Shown here one piece after another: positions 27,051 through 37,000 of a DNA stretch of 64,000 nucleotides; positions within the stretch are counted from its first letter, which is position 1, and the number at the start of each line of letters is the position of its first letter. Source of the stretch: an uncultured Candidatus Saccharibacteria bacterium (GTDB lineage: Bacteria; Patescibacteriota; Saccharimonadia; Saccharimonadales; AWTP1-31). The notes under the pieces were generated by a model, which did not search any database, was not told the origin of the DNA, and was given only the letters and a program-made list of their open reading frames with translations. A program made the position numbers and the translations under genes. Location: positions 39,869 through 103,868 of the forward strand of contig CAZXTE010000004.1 in NCBI GenBank assembly GCA_964643545.1. The letters run 5' to 3'.

Positions 27051-29084
27051 ATGTCACTTCATGATCCTATAGATAGTATAAAAGGAGTCGGCCCCCAACT
27101 TCAGAAGCTGTTTAACCGACTCGGTATATATACTGTTGATGATTTGTTGATGTACTATCCCGTACGTTATGACGACTACTCACACATACAACGTGCGAGT
27201 GAGTTGCGTCCTGGCATGGTGTCCATTGAGGCAACTATTGACCAAGTGTCTGGCCGTTATGTTCGTCGCGGGCTGCACGTAACAGAGGCCATTGCATCCG
27301 ATGCGAGCGGCAAAGTTCGCTTGGTGTGGTTTAACCAGCCGTATCGTAAAGCAGCGCTAAAGGCGCAGGCTACGTATCTCGTATCTGGCATGTATGAGCT
27401 TAGCTATCAAAAGTTTGCAATTATGAACCCTTCATGTGAGTTGCGTAGCGATTTTCCGGTCAGTGCAGGGCGAGTAATCCCGATATACCGAGAAACAAAG
27501 GGATTAAGCTCGCAACAGATCCGAAAAGTACTAAAATCTATATTTACGTCTGGCGTGGTGATAGCGGAGACACTGCCAAGGTGGCTTGTTGCACAGCAGA
27601 AATTACTCCCTAGGAGCGATGCAATAGAGACGATCCACTTTCCTCCAAGTATGGGCCAGCTGGAAAACGCGCGTAAGCGATTAGCATTTGAAGAGGTTTT
27701 GGAGCTGTGCCTGGCTTCGCTATTACTCAAGCAAGAAAATCATAAAGAACACGCAATATCGGTCCCGTTTGACGAGCGTATCGCTATTTCGTTTGTAAAA
27801 CATCTGCCATTTGCACTTACCGACGATCAGCGCCGTGTGATATGGCAATCCTATCTTGACATAGCAAAGCAGGAGCCGATGAATCGCCTGGTCCAAGGAG
27901 ATGTTGGCGCCGGAAAAACTGTTGTAGCAGCAATGATAGGGCTGATGGTTCTGCAGAGCGGCCATCAAGTAGCGCTTATGGCTCCCACGGAGGTTTTAGC
28001 TCGGCAGCACGCAGAGACAATGTATAAGCTACTAAAGCCACTGGGGTACGAGTCCCAGGTTTGTCTACTCGTAGGGGGGATGTCTAGTGCGCAAAAAAAA
28101 GTTGCCTATAAACGGATCACTTCGGGCGATGCACGGTTGATTGTCGGCACACATGCGATTATTCAAGAGAAGATTAACCTTGAGCAACTCGGGCTGGTGA
28201 TTATTGACGAGCAACACCGTTTTGGTGTTGAACAGCGACAAAAGTTACTACAAAAAACCGGCCACATCCCTCATTTATTAAGCCTCACAGCAACGCCCAT
28301 CCCGCGTAGTTTGTCATTAACGCTATATGGAGAGCTGGACATCTCTACCATTAGAGAAAAGCCTAAAGATAGAAAGCCAATTGCGACACAGTTATTCCAC
28401 GTAAACGATAGGGAGAAGGCGTATCAAATTGCAAAGCGAGAGGTTTCTAATGGCCATCAGGTATTCGTGGTTTGCCCAACGATCGAACAGCGCGTCGAGA
28501 GCTCGCCTAAGAGCGTTCAAGAGGTCTACGAAAACCTCAGAAAAGGCATATTTAAACAGGCACGTGTCGCACTCCTGCACGGTCAGATGAAGTCAGCAGA
28601 AAAAGAGGACGTCATGCAGCGTTTTGTCGAGGGTAAGGTAGACGTGCTCGTATCCACAACCGTTATTGAAGTGGGAGTCGACGTATCTAATGCAACGGTT
28701 ATGATCATTGAAAGTGCTGAACGATTTGGTCTAGCCCAACTTCACCAGCTACGAGGGCGTGTTGGGCGAGGGGTAGCACAAGGCCACTGTTTGTTGCTGG
28801 TAGAAACGCAACAGCCGACCAAAAGATTGCGCGCGCTCGTTAGCAGTAATGATGGTTTTGCACTTGCTGAGTTCGATCTGTCAATTCGTGGTCCGGGTGC
28901 AATTTATGGTACATCACAACACGGGGCGCTCGACTTGCGTATCGCAAAATTGTCAGATTATGCACTCCTTGTACGCACAAAAAAAATAGCACAAGCAATG
29001 CTAGCAAAAGAGAAAGACCTGATACAATATGAGCATCTTAGTAAACAAATCGCACGTGTACGTGCAGTAACGTATTTGAACTGA
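27051..29084 (+). CDS. recG: ATP-dependent DNA helicase RecG
   Basis: Wedge/OB N-domain, helicase motifs (GDVGAGKT, DEQHRFG, TATPIPR), and the TRG-motif region QLHQLRGRVGRG. ATG 27051 lies 6 nt after TATACT; the track start at 27045 abuts the -10. Confidence 0.93.
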   Translation: MSLHDPIDSIKGVGPQLQKLFNRLGIYTVDDLLMYYPVRYDDYSHIQRASELRPGMVSIEATIDQVSGRYVRRGLHVTEAIASDASGKVRLVWFNQPYRKAALKAQATYLVSGMYELSYQKFAIMNPSCELRSDFPVSAGRVIPIYRETKGLSSQQIRKVLKSIFTSGVVIAETLPRWLVAQQKLLPRSDAIETIHFPPSMGQLENARKRLAFEEVLELCLASLLLKQENHKEHAISVPFDERIAISFVKHLPFALTDDQRRVIWQSYLDIAKQEPMNRLVQGDVGAGKTVVAAMIGLMVLQSGHQVALMAPTEVLARQHAETMYKLLKPLGYESQVCLLVGGMSSAQKKVAYKRITSGDARLIVGTHAIIQEKINLEQLGLVIIDEQHRFGVEQRQKLLQKTGHIPHLLSLTATPIPRSLSLTLYGELDISTIREKPKDRKPIATQLFHVNDREKAYQIAKREVSNGHQVFVVCPTIEQRVESSPKSVQEVYENLRKGIFKQARVALLHGQMKSAEKEDVMQRFVEGKVDVLVSTTVIEVGVDVSNATVMIIESAERFGLAQLHQLRGRVGRGVAQGHCLLLVETQQPTKRLRALVSSNDGFALAEFDLSIRGPGAIYGTSQHGALDLRIAKLSDYALLVRTKKIAQAMLAKEKDLIQYEHLSKQIARVRAVTYLN

Positions 29085-29093
29085 TAAATAAAC

Positions 29094-29930
29094 ATGTATT
29101 CTGGAACCACATTAACAGTCGCCTCGGGTCGTGTTCTTGGTGCGCATCAAAAAATAGATAGAGTTGCCCGGAACCATCTCACCCTGCTCCTTGCGGACGA
29201 TACTATTTTCCCAAGCGCTCGGCGTATCCTTCATTTTGAAGGCAAAAATGGCCCAGATGGTATAAAGCGGAAAAGCCCAGCAAAAGATGAACCTTGGCAC
29301 TACTACAGTCCGTTTAATGACGATGATTCCCAGCTTACTGAGCTTATCGTAGAGCATTACAAATCTCTTGTTGAGCGACTGAAGTCAGGCAATAAAGAGC
29401 GCGTCGCGTTTGAGGCAGCCTGGCTCGCACACGCGCTCGTTGACGGGTTGACCCCCGCACACCACTACCCCTATGAGGAAAAGTTAATTGAACTGCGTGG
29501 CGAAGGCATAGAAACGAGAACGACTATTAAGGAAAAGTTAATTGTCCCTGGCGATACAAGGCGTGACGCGGTTAAAAAGAACTGGAAAGTATGGGGTCCA
29601 AAAGGACTCATTAGTACGCACGGGTTGTTTGAGTTAGGCATCGCAACACTCATTTTGCCAATGAGTTTTCAGCAATCAATCCCGAGTCAACACGACATTT
29701 CTGTCGCTAAGGATATAGGTATAGCTGAGTGGTTTAAGCGGTCTGCTCGAGAGATCGCAGTTCTTGATATGTACGACCGATACTACAAACGAGGTTGGAC
29801 GACGCGGTTAGCGTACGATGTACGTCAGCGTTTAGCACCAACGATTATAAAAACGGTTGCACTTGCTTGGTACTGTGCGCTGCATGATGCGGGCTTGTTG
29901 AAAGCAGAAAATGCGGATCATAGCAGGTAA
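29094..29930 (+). CDS. Hypothetical protein, possible zinc-dependent phospholipase C / S1-P1 nuclease-like fold
   Basis: 278 aa, no signal peptide. AHALVDGLTPAH gives H-x3-D-x5-H spacing, and the later HGLFE gives H-x3-E. These resemble the zinc-ligand spacing of B. cereus PLC (H118/D122/H128, H142/E146). By-eye match only. Confidence 0.3.
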   Translation: MYSGTTLTVASGRVLGAHQKIDRVARNHLTLLLADDTIFPSARRILHFEGKNGPDGIKRKSPAKDEPWHYYSPFNDDDSQLTELIVEHYKSLVERLKSGNKERVAFEAAWLAHALVDGLTPAHHYPYEEKLIELRGEGIETRTTIKEKLIVPGDTRRDAVKKNWKVWGPKGLISTHGLFELGIATLILPMSFQQSIPSQHDISVAKDIGIAEWFKRSAREIAVLDMYDRYYKRGWTTRLAYDVRQRLAPTIIKTVALAWYCALHDAGLLKAENADHSR

Positions 29931-30444
29931 GATGGGTGGGCGTCTGTTCGATGCACCTAAAGGGCATCGAACACACCCAATGAGCGATAAGATTCGTGGA
30001 GCACTATTTGGTGTCCTAGGGGACATCAGTGGTTTCTATGTGTTAGATGCGTTTGCTGGCAGTGGCGCGCTTGCTCTAGAGGCGGTTAGTCGTGGTGCAA
30101 GCAAAGCCATTGCGATTGAGGCAGATAAAGGGGCGCATAGTGTCGTCCAAAAAAACGTTGAAACATTAGGCGTCGAAGATCGCATTAAGGTCATCCGCGC
30201 GTTTGCCAACGCATGGTCTACTCGTCACCAGGATCAACTCTTTGATCTAATACTACTTGACCCGCCCTATGACAACTTACCTTATAGAGATCTTAAAAGC
30301 ATGCCGCGACATTTAAAGCCGGATGGGACTTTGGTGTTATCTTGGCCTGGTCCTGCGGACACGTATCCCTTCGAAGGGCTTGAGATTGTTCATCAGAAGC
30401 ATTATGGTGATGCCCAACTGGTTTTTTATCAGAAAATTAGCTAG
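29911..30444 (+). CDS. rsmD: 16S rRNA (guanine966-N2)-methyltransferase RsmD
   Basis: MRIIAGKMGGRLF...RTHPMSDKIRGALF..LDAFAGSGALALEAVSRGA...LDPPY motifs. Confidence 0.88.
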   Translation: MRIIAGKMGGRLFDAPKGHRTHPMSDKIRGALFGVLGDISGFYVLDAFAGSGALALEAVSRGASKAIAIEADKGAHSVVQKNVETLGVEDRIKVIRAFANAWSTRHQDQLFDLILLDPPYDNLPYRDLKSMPRHLKPDGTLVLSWPGPADTYPFEGLEIVHQKHYGDAQLVFYQKIS

Positions 30445-30464
30445 AATACATCGGTACCAAACCT

Positions 30465-30549
30465 GCGGATGTGGTGGAATTGGTAGACACGCTAGCCTTA
30501 GGAGCTAGTGCCGAAAGGCGTGAAGGTTCAAGTCCTTTCATCCGCACCA
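30465..30549 (+). tRNA. tRNA-Leu (anticodon UAG), type II with long variable arm, CCA encoded
   Basis: Manual cloverleaf. Acceptor GCGGATG/CATCCGC. 3-bp D stem with GAATTGGTAGA loop. Anticodon stem CTAGC/GCTAG with loop CTTAGGA. Variable arm TGCCGAAAGGCGT. T arm GAAGG-TTCAAGT-CCTTT. Discriminator A followed by CCA. Confidence 0.93.
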
Positions 30550-30570
30550 AGAATTGATACAATACTGGTA

Positions 30571-31875
30571 ATGACTTTATCTACACAACCATACAAGGGT
30601 GCGCGTGACTTCTACCCAGAAGATAAGCGACTCCAAAAGTACTTATTTTCTACTATGCGTCGCGTGGTAGAGAGTTTTGGCTACGAAGAGTACGACGCAC
30701 CAATACTTGAGTCTTTAGATCTCTACACTGCCAAGACAGGTGAAGAGATCGTTAACGAGCAAACCTATGCATTCAAGGACAGGGGTGGCCGGTCTGTTGT
30801 TATTCGTCCAGAAATGACACCATCCGTCAGCCGTATGGTGGCTGGGCGAAGGCAGGAGTTAGGGTATCCTGTGCGTTGGTATAGTATCCCAAATTTATGG
30901 CGCTATGAACGCCCGCAGCGTGGCCGCCTTCGTGAGCACTGGCAATTGAATGTAGATATTTTCGGGCTAGCTGGTTTAGAGGCAGAACACGAAGCGATTA
31001 CAGTCGGTGCATCGATATTGAATGCATTTGGTGCAAAACAGAGTATGTATGGCATACGGATTAATAGCCGGCAGCTCATTAATCATTTTTTGGGTAATGT
31101 TCTAGGTTTGGATGCTGTCCAGCAGTTAACAACTATCAAGCTGATCGATCGGATGCACAAGATGGAGCATGTTGCATTTGTGGCGAGTATCGATGCTATT
31201 TTAGTACCCTCCCAGCGGGAAGCCGGCGTAGGCGAGCGTATCCTCGCGTTCCTGAACGCACAATCTCTTACTGAACTTCCTGATGATCTTCGTGCTCATG
31301 AGTCTACAAAAAAAATAATCGCCCTGCTTGCAATGCTAGAGGAAAGTTCTATCCATAATGCACGTTTTGACGCGACCGTTATGCGTGGATTTGATTACTA
31401 CACAGATATCGTTTTCGAGATGTTTGATACAAATCCAGAGAATAACAGGGCAATGTTCGGCGGCGGCAGGTACGACGGGCTAGTTGGTCTGTTTGGCGTA
31501 GAGCCTGTCCCTACTGTGGGGTTTGGACTTGGTGACGTTACTTTGGCGAATTTTATCGAGAGCCACGGTCTTACCCCAAAGCTTCGCTCGGAAACAGACG
31601 TGTATGCCATACTTGTTGGTGATGTGTATAAAAAAGCACAAAACGTAGTGAGCGCGTTGCGCGAAGAAGGCGTTCGCGTTGCTGTAGATGCCACGGGCCG
31701 CAAGCCAGCCCAGCAGATTAAAGTGGCGTTAAAAAAAGAGATTCCTTACGTACTTTTCATTGGTGATAAAGAGCTAGAAGAGGGGCGATACACGCTCAAG
31801 GAGCTTGCATCGAGCAATGAACAGATGCTGAGCGTTGAGCGAATCGTCAGCGCCGTCCTAGACAGCCGCCACTAA
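30571..31875 (+). CDS. hisS: Histidyl-tRNA synthetase
   Basis: Class II motifs (YKGARDFYPED, FRYERPQRGRLREHWQ, GGGRYD) and an anticodon-binding C-domain. ATG 30571 lies 7 nt after TACAAT. The track start at 30508 lies inside the tRNA. Confidence 0.92.
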   Translation: MTLSTQPYKGARDFYPEDKRLQKYLFSTMRRVVESFGYEEYDAPILESLDLYTAKTGEEIVNEQTYAFKDRGGRSVVIRPEMTPSVSRMVAGRRQELGYPVRWYSIPNLWRYERPQRGRLREHWQLNVDIFGLAGLEAEHEAITVGASILNAFGAKQSMYGIRINSRQLINHFLGNVLGLDAVQQLTTIKLIDRMHKMEHVAFVASIDAILVPSQREAGVGERILAFLNAQSLTELPDDLRAHESTKKIIALLAMLEESSIHNARFDATVMRGFDYYTDIVFEMFDTNPENNRAMFGGGRYDGLVGLFGVEPVPTVGFGLGDVTLANFIESHGLTPKLRSETDVYAILVGDVYKKAQNVVSALREEGVRVAVDATGRKPAQQIKVALKKEIPYVLFIGDKELEEGRYTLKELASSNEQMLSVERIVSAVLDSRH

Positions 31876-31916
31876 AAATTCGCCCTCTAGTGCTGTCTGT
31901 TGTATACTTTTGAACT

Positions 31917-33200
31917 ATGCATATTACACTTACAAAAAACACACCAACGAGCGTAACTATTGGCGTCGTGGCAGACGACGATACGTTAAAGAGCATCAAA
32001 ACCGCTGTTCTACGCAAACTTAACACCCCTGACTTAAAGGTGCCAGGTTTTCGAGCCGGGAAAATTCCTTTGGAAATGGTTGAAAAGCATGTTAATCCTG
32101 AACTATTACAAACAGAGTTTATCGATACGTTACTTAATCACGCGTACGCGCAGGCCATTACAAAAGAACAACTCCGCACGGTTGGCCAGCCAGAAGTGAA
32201 TCTTAAAAAATTTGTACCGTTTTCAACCGCTGAATTTGATATAAAAACAGATGTTATTGGCGAAGTCACGTTGCCGGATTACGCAAAGATTAAATTAGCA
32301 AAGCAGAAGGCAGTTGTTGAGCAGTCAGAGGTAAAAGATGTAATTGTATCTTTGCAACGCCGCTTGGCTACAAAAACTGATGTTTCCCGGGCTGCAAAAG
32401 ACGGGGATGAAGTTTGGATTGATTTCAAGGGTGTTGATGAAAAGGGTGCACCTGTCGGAGGAGCAGACGGAACAGATTATCCGCTGCTGCTTGGAAGCAA
32501 CACTTTCATCCCTGGTTTTGAGCCCGAGCTATTAGGTATACAGCCAACAGAGTCGAAGTCATTTACTATTCCTTTTCCAAAGGACTACGGCGTGCGTTCA
32601 CTACAAGGGAAGCGTGTGACGTTCACTGTCACGTGTAAAAAGGTGCAGGAAGTTGTGCTGCCAAAACCTAATGACGAGTTTGCATCTAAGGCCGGGCCAT
32701 TTAAGACCCTGGCTGAACTGAAATCAGACATAAAAAAACAGCTAACTATAGAGAAGCAACGAGAACTTGATGCAAATTATCAGAACGAGCTCATTCGAGA
32801 GATAGCTGCAAAAAGCAGTGTCGCAATTCCTGACACCGTTATCGATCAACAAGTTATCGATGCAGAGAATCAGGAGAAGCAAAATCTTATTAATCGCGGC
32901 CAAACCTGGCAGGAACACTTAGCTGAAGAAAAGCTAACAGAAGAAGAGCATCGTAAAAAGAATCGTCCAGATGCAGAAATGCAAGTAAAAACTGGCGTTG
33001 TTCTTGGTGCTATTGGTGACAAAGAAAAGGTTGTAGTTACGCCGGAAGAAATTGAAATTAGGATTCAGCTATTGAAGGGTCAATATAATGATCCTGGCAT
33101 GCAAGCGGAACTCGACAAACCAGACGCTCGGCAAGATATTGCATCTCGGATTCGTATCGAAAAAATCATTGATGTGCTAGAGAAAAAGATCAAAGCCTGA
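31917..33200 (+). CDS. tig: Trigger factor
   Basis: 427 aa. Ribosome-binding motif GFRAGKIP, FKBP-type PPIase core (FIPGFEPELLG), helical C-domain. Confidence 0.92.
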   Translation: MHITLTKNTPTSVTIGVVADDDTLKSIKTAVLRKLNTPDLKVPGFRAGKIPLEMVEKHVNPELLQTEFIDTLLNHAYAQAITKEQLRTVGQPEVNLKKFVPFSTAEFDIKTDVIGEVTLPDYAKIKLAKQKAVVEQSEVKDVIVSLQRRLATKTDVSRAAKDGDEVWIDFKGVDEKGAPVGGADGTDYPLLLGSNTFIPGFEPELLGIQPTESKSFTIPFPKDYGVRSLQGKRVTFTVTCKKVQEVVLPKPNDEFASKAGPFKTLAELKSDIKKQLTIEKQRELDANYQNELIREIAAKSSVAIPDTVIDQQVIDAENQEKQNLINRGQTWQEHLAEEKLTEEEHRKKNRPDAEMQVKTGVVLGAIGDKEKVVVTPEEIEIRIQLLKGQYNDPGMQAELDKPDARQDIASRIRIEKIIDVLEKKIKA

Positions 33201-33227
33201 CTAGCACTCTTGACATGTGAGTGCCAG
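33201..33227 (+). promoter_or_regulatory. Second CIRCE-type inverted repeat overlapping the clpP promoter
   Basis: CTAGCACTC-ttgacatgt-GAGTGCCAG (15/18 arm positions). The spacer starts with TTGACA. TACCAT at 33234-33239 is 6 nt from the clpP ATG. Confidence 0.7.
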
Positions 33228-33245
33228 TGAAGGTACCATATTTCT

Positions 33246-33854
33246 ATGAACAAGACACACAACTCAGTACTTATACCTACAGTCATAGAGAGTGACGGGC
33301 GCATAGAACGAGCCTATGACATATATAGCCGTTTATTGAAGGATCGTATTATTTTTCTTGGTACAGATGTCAACGAGCACACGGCCAATCTTGTAGTGGC
33401 GCAGCTCTTGTTCTTGCAAGCAGAAGACCCAAAGAAGGACATTTACTTCTACATCAACAGTCCTGGCGGTAGCGTTTATGACGCGCTTGCGATTTACGAC
33501 ACGATGCAGTATGTTGCCAACGATATCCAGACAGTCGGTATAGGCGTGCAGGCATCAGCAGCCGCTTTTTTGCTCAGCTCTGGGACTAAAGGCAAGCGAA
33601 TTATCTTGCCAAATTCAACGGTCATGATTCACCAACCAAGTAGTGGGACCAGGGGTAAAGTAACAGATATGGAAATCGATTTGAAAGAATCTCTTCGGAT
33701 TAAGCAGCGCCTCAGTGACATCATGGCAAAAAATACTGGTCAAACAGTAAAAAAGATTCAATCTGACATGGAACGTGATTACTGGATGACTGCTGAAGAA
33801 GCAAAAAGGTATGGCGTTGTAGACAAGGTCATAAAAAGCCTCAAACAAATATAA
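33246..33854 (+). CDS. clpP: ATP-dependent Clp protease proteolytic subunit
   Basis: 202 aa. Ser-His-Asp triad contexts are present ([31 protein letters not shown]). Confidence 0.95.
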   Translation: MNKTHNSVLIPTVIESDGRIERAYDIYSRLLKDRIIFLGTDVNEHTANLVVAQLLFLQAEDPKKDIYFYINSPGGSVYDALAIYDTMQYVANDIQTVGIGVQASAAAFLLSSGTKGKRIILPNSTVMIHQPSSGTRGKVTDMEIDLKESLRIKQRLSDIMAKNTGQTVKKIQSDMERDYWMTAEEAKRYGVVDKVIKSLKQI

Positions 33855-34028
33855 TAAAAGACTTGACATTTGTGACTCTTTTGATCAGACTTATAATCAA
33901 GAAGTAGAGTAAGTCGGGCACTGCTAGTTTTGTTACAAAAAACCTAAAAGTCCACTTAGAGATCTTCGTTCGCAGCAAAAACTACAACAAATAATATCTA
34001 CAAATCTAAGCGGAGTACTCTAAAGCAT

Positions 34029-37000
34029 ATGGCAAAAGGCAGCACACCAGCCCGAAAAGAACGAACTTATTTTACAAACAAAAAAGAAGATATTGTTTTA
34101 CCCGACCTAATCAGTCACCAAAATACCTCTTGGCAGTGGCTTGTGGAAGAAGGGCTTGGAGAACTGTTTCACGAAGTCAGCCCAATCGATGACTACACAG
34201 GCACTAAATTATCACTAAACTTTAAGCACTACCACTTTGATCAACCAAAGGTGACAGAGGCGGAAGCTCGCGAAAACAACGTAAGCTATGATGCTCCCCT
34301 TAAGGCTGTCGTTGAGCTTATCAACAAGGTTACAGGAGAAGTAAAAGAACAAGAGATTTATCTCGGTGATTACCCATGGATGACAAGCCGTGGAACATTT
34401 GTCATTAATGGCGCAGAACGCGTAGTTGTAAGCCAGCTGATCCGATCGGCTGGTGTTTTCTTTACGGCAGATGCGGGCGCAACAAAAAATAACTATGGTG
34501 CAAAGGTCATTCCTGGTCGTGGCGCATGGCTTGAATTCGAAACAGCTGCAAATGGTGCGCTGTATGTCAAGATTGATCGAAAGCGAAAAATTGCGGTAAC
34601 AACACTTCTTAAAGCGCTTGGTATGAGCGAGGCTCAGATCAGAGAGGCGTTTGCGCATGTTGATCAGGGCAAGACAAACTATGTTACGGCAACGCTTGAT
34701 AAAGATCCTTCAAAAGGTGTGAATGAAGCGCTCATTGAAGTGTATCGTCGTCTACGCCCGGGCGATCTTGCGACCGTCGACAATGCACGCAACCTGATTG
34801 AGAATATGTTCTACAACTTTAAACGCTTCGATTTCAGTCGCGTTGGTCGTTATAAGATTAACAAACGACTTGATTTAGACATCCCAAACACCACTGAGAA
34901 TCGAGTGATGCGACTTGAAGATTTGATAGCAATTATCGCAGAAATCATTCGTCTTAATAACACACAAGAACCTGCTGACGACATCGATAGTCTGGCAAAT
35001 CGACGCGTAAAATTGGTTGGTGAATTAGTGCAACGACAATTCCGTATTGGTCTATTGCGCATGGAGCGAAATACAAAAGATCGCATGAGCATGAGCGAGA
35101 TAGAAACAGTAACACCTGCTCAGCTGATTAACGCACGGCCAATTGTTGCGGCTGTCCGTGAATTCTTTGCGAGTTCGCAACTTAGTCAATTTATGGATCA
35201 GATTAACCCTCTCAGCGAGCTTGCTCACAAGCGTCGCCTAAGCTCTATGGGCCCTGGTGGTTTAAGCAGAGAGCGTGCTGGGTTTGAAGTTCGCGATGCG
35301 CATGCTACTCATTATGGAAGAATTTGTGCAGTTGAGACCCCGGAAGGTGCAAACATTGGTCTTGTTTTGAATTTGGCCAGTTATGCACGCATTAATGAAT
35401 ATGGTTTTGTTGAGACTCCATATAGAAAAGTAATCAATGCACTTCCTGCTTCTAAAATAGCAGGGGCAATTGCAAGCGCTGACCTTGAGGATGAAAGCGG
35501 AAAAGTGATCGTAAAAGCGAATCAAGTTGTCACTGAGGCTGCCGCAAAGAAACTTGCTGCCATAAAAGGTCAGGCAACATGGCCCGTCAAAGCACGCGTA
35601 ACAAATGATCTTGTCTATCTTGATGCAGCCGCTGAAGACAATGCAGTCATTGCGAGTGCGAGCGAACTCTTGGATCAAGACGGATATTTTGTGAACGAAC
35701 GAGCAAGTGTTCGCAACAGACTTATTGCAGGTGAAGTAGATACGAATGTTGTAACGCACGTTGACGCATCACGACGCCAGATTATTGGTTCGAGTGCAGC
35801 GTTAATCCCATTTATTGAGAAGAATTATGTGTATCGTTCGCTTATGGGCAGTAACCAGCAACGACAGGCGGTTCCACTCATTCGTCCATCTGCACCTGTT
35901 GTAGGTACCGGTATGGAATCTGCAGTTGCTCGCAACTCAGGACAGGTTATTTTGGCCCAGGATGCTGGCGAAGTAACCAGTGCAAGCGCCGACAAGGTAG
36001 TCGTCCAGTATAAAGGCGGTTCAGTTACGTATGAACCACAGCACTTTGTTCGAAGCAACGAGGGCACAAGCATTAATCAAAAAGTCGTTGTTACGACAGG
36101 CGATAAGGTTAAAAAAGGCGACGTCCTTATAGAAGGAATGTCTATTGATGGCGGTGAACTTGCACTTGGAAAAGACCTCTTGGTCGCATTCATGCCATGG
36201 GGCGGTTACAACTTTGAGGATGCGATCATCATTAGTCGAAAGCTAGTAGAAGATGACACGCTAACAAGCATACACATCGTTGATTACATGACGGAGGTTC
36301 GAGAGACAAAACTTGGGCCAGAGATTGTAACGCGAGATATCCCGAATGTCTCGGAAGAAGCGCTACGCCACCTCGATGAAGACGGCATTGTTCGCATTGG
36401 AGCGGAAGTCCACCCTGGAGATATCTTGGTTGGAAAGATCACACCAAAGGGCGAACAAGAGTTAAGTAGCGAAGAGCGATTGCTCCGAGCAATATTTGGT
36501 GAAAAAGCAAAAGAAGTACGCGATACATCTCAGCGAATGAGCAATGGGAAACATGGCAAAGTTGTTGGTGTAAAAATCTTTAGCCGAGAAAATGGACATG
36601 AACTAAAAGCTGGCGTGATTATGCAAATCCAGATCTTCGTTGCCCAAATGCGAAAGATTGCTGTCGGCGACAAGTTGGGTGGACGACATGGTAACAAGGG
36701 TGTTATCGCTCGAATTTTGCCAGTTGAAGACATGCCGTTCACTGCGGATGGAACTCCTGTAGACATTGTTCTAAACCCTCTCGGCGTCCCAAGTCGCATG
36801 AACGTTGGTCAATTGTTTGAGACGCACTTAGGCATGGCAGCACGTGCCCTTGGCATGACGGTAGCCAGCCCATCATTTGATGGCGTTGAAACCAAGAAGA
36901 TACAGGAACTGCTTAAGGAAGCCGGTTTGCCTGAAGATGGTAAGCAACAGCTGTTTGATGGTCGTACGGGTGAATCCTTTAAAGAACGGACTACAGTCGG

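Noticed and set aside
30508-30570. N-terminal extension of hisS (track start 30508)
   Set aside because: The extension lies inside the tRNA-Leu gene (30465-30549). The conserved HisRS N-terminus starts at ATG 30571, which has a TACAAT box 7 nt upstream.
33863-33897. TTGACA ... TATAAT pair upstream of rpoB as a canonical promoter
   Set aside because: The two hexamers are 23 nt apart, too far for a standard sigma70 promoter. The TATAAT may still function with another -35 element, so I did not annotate it.
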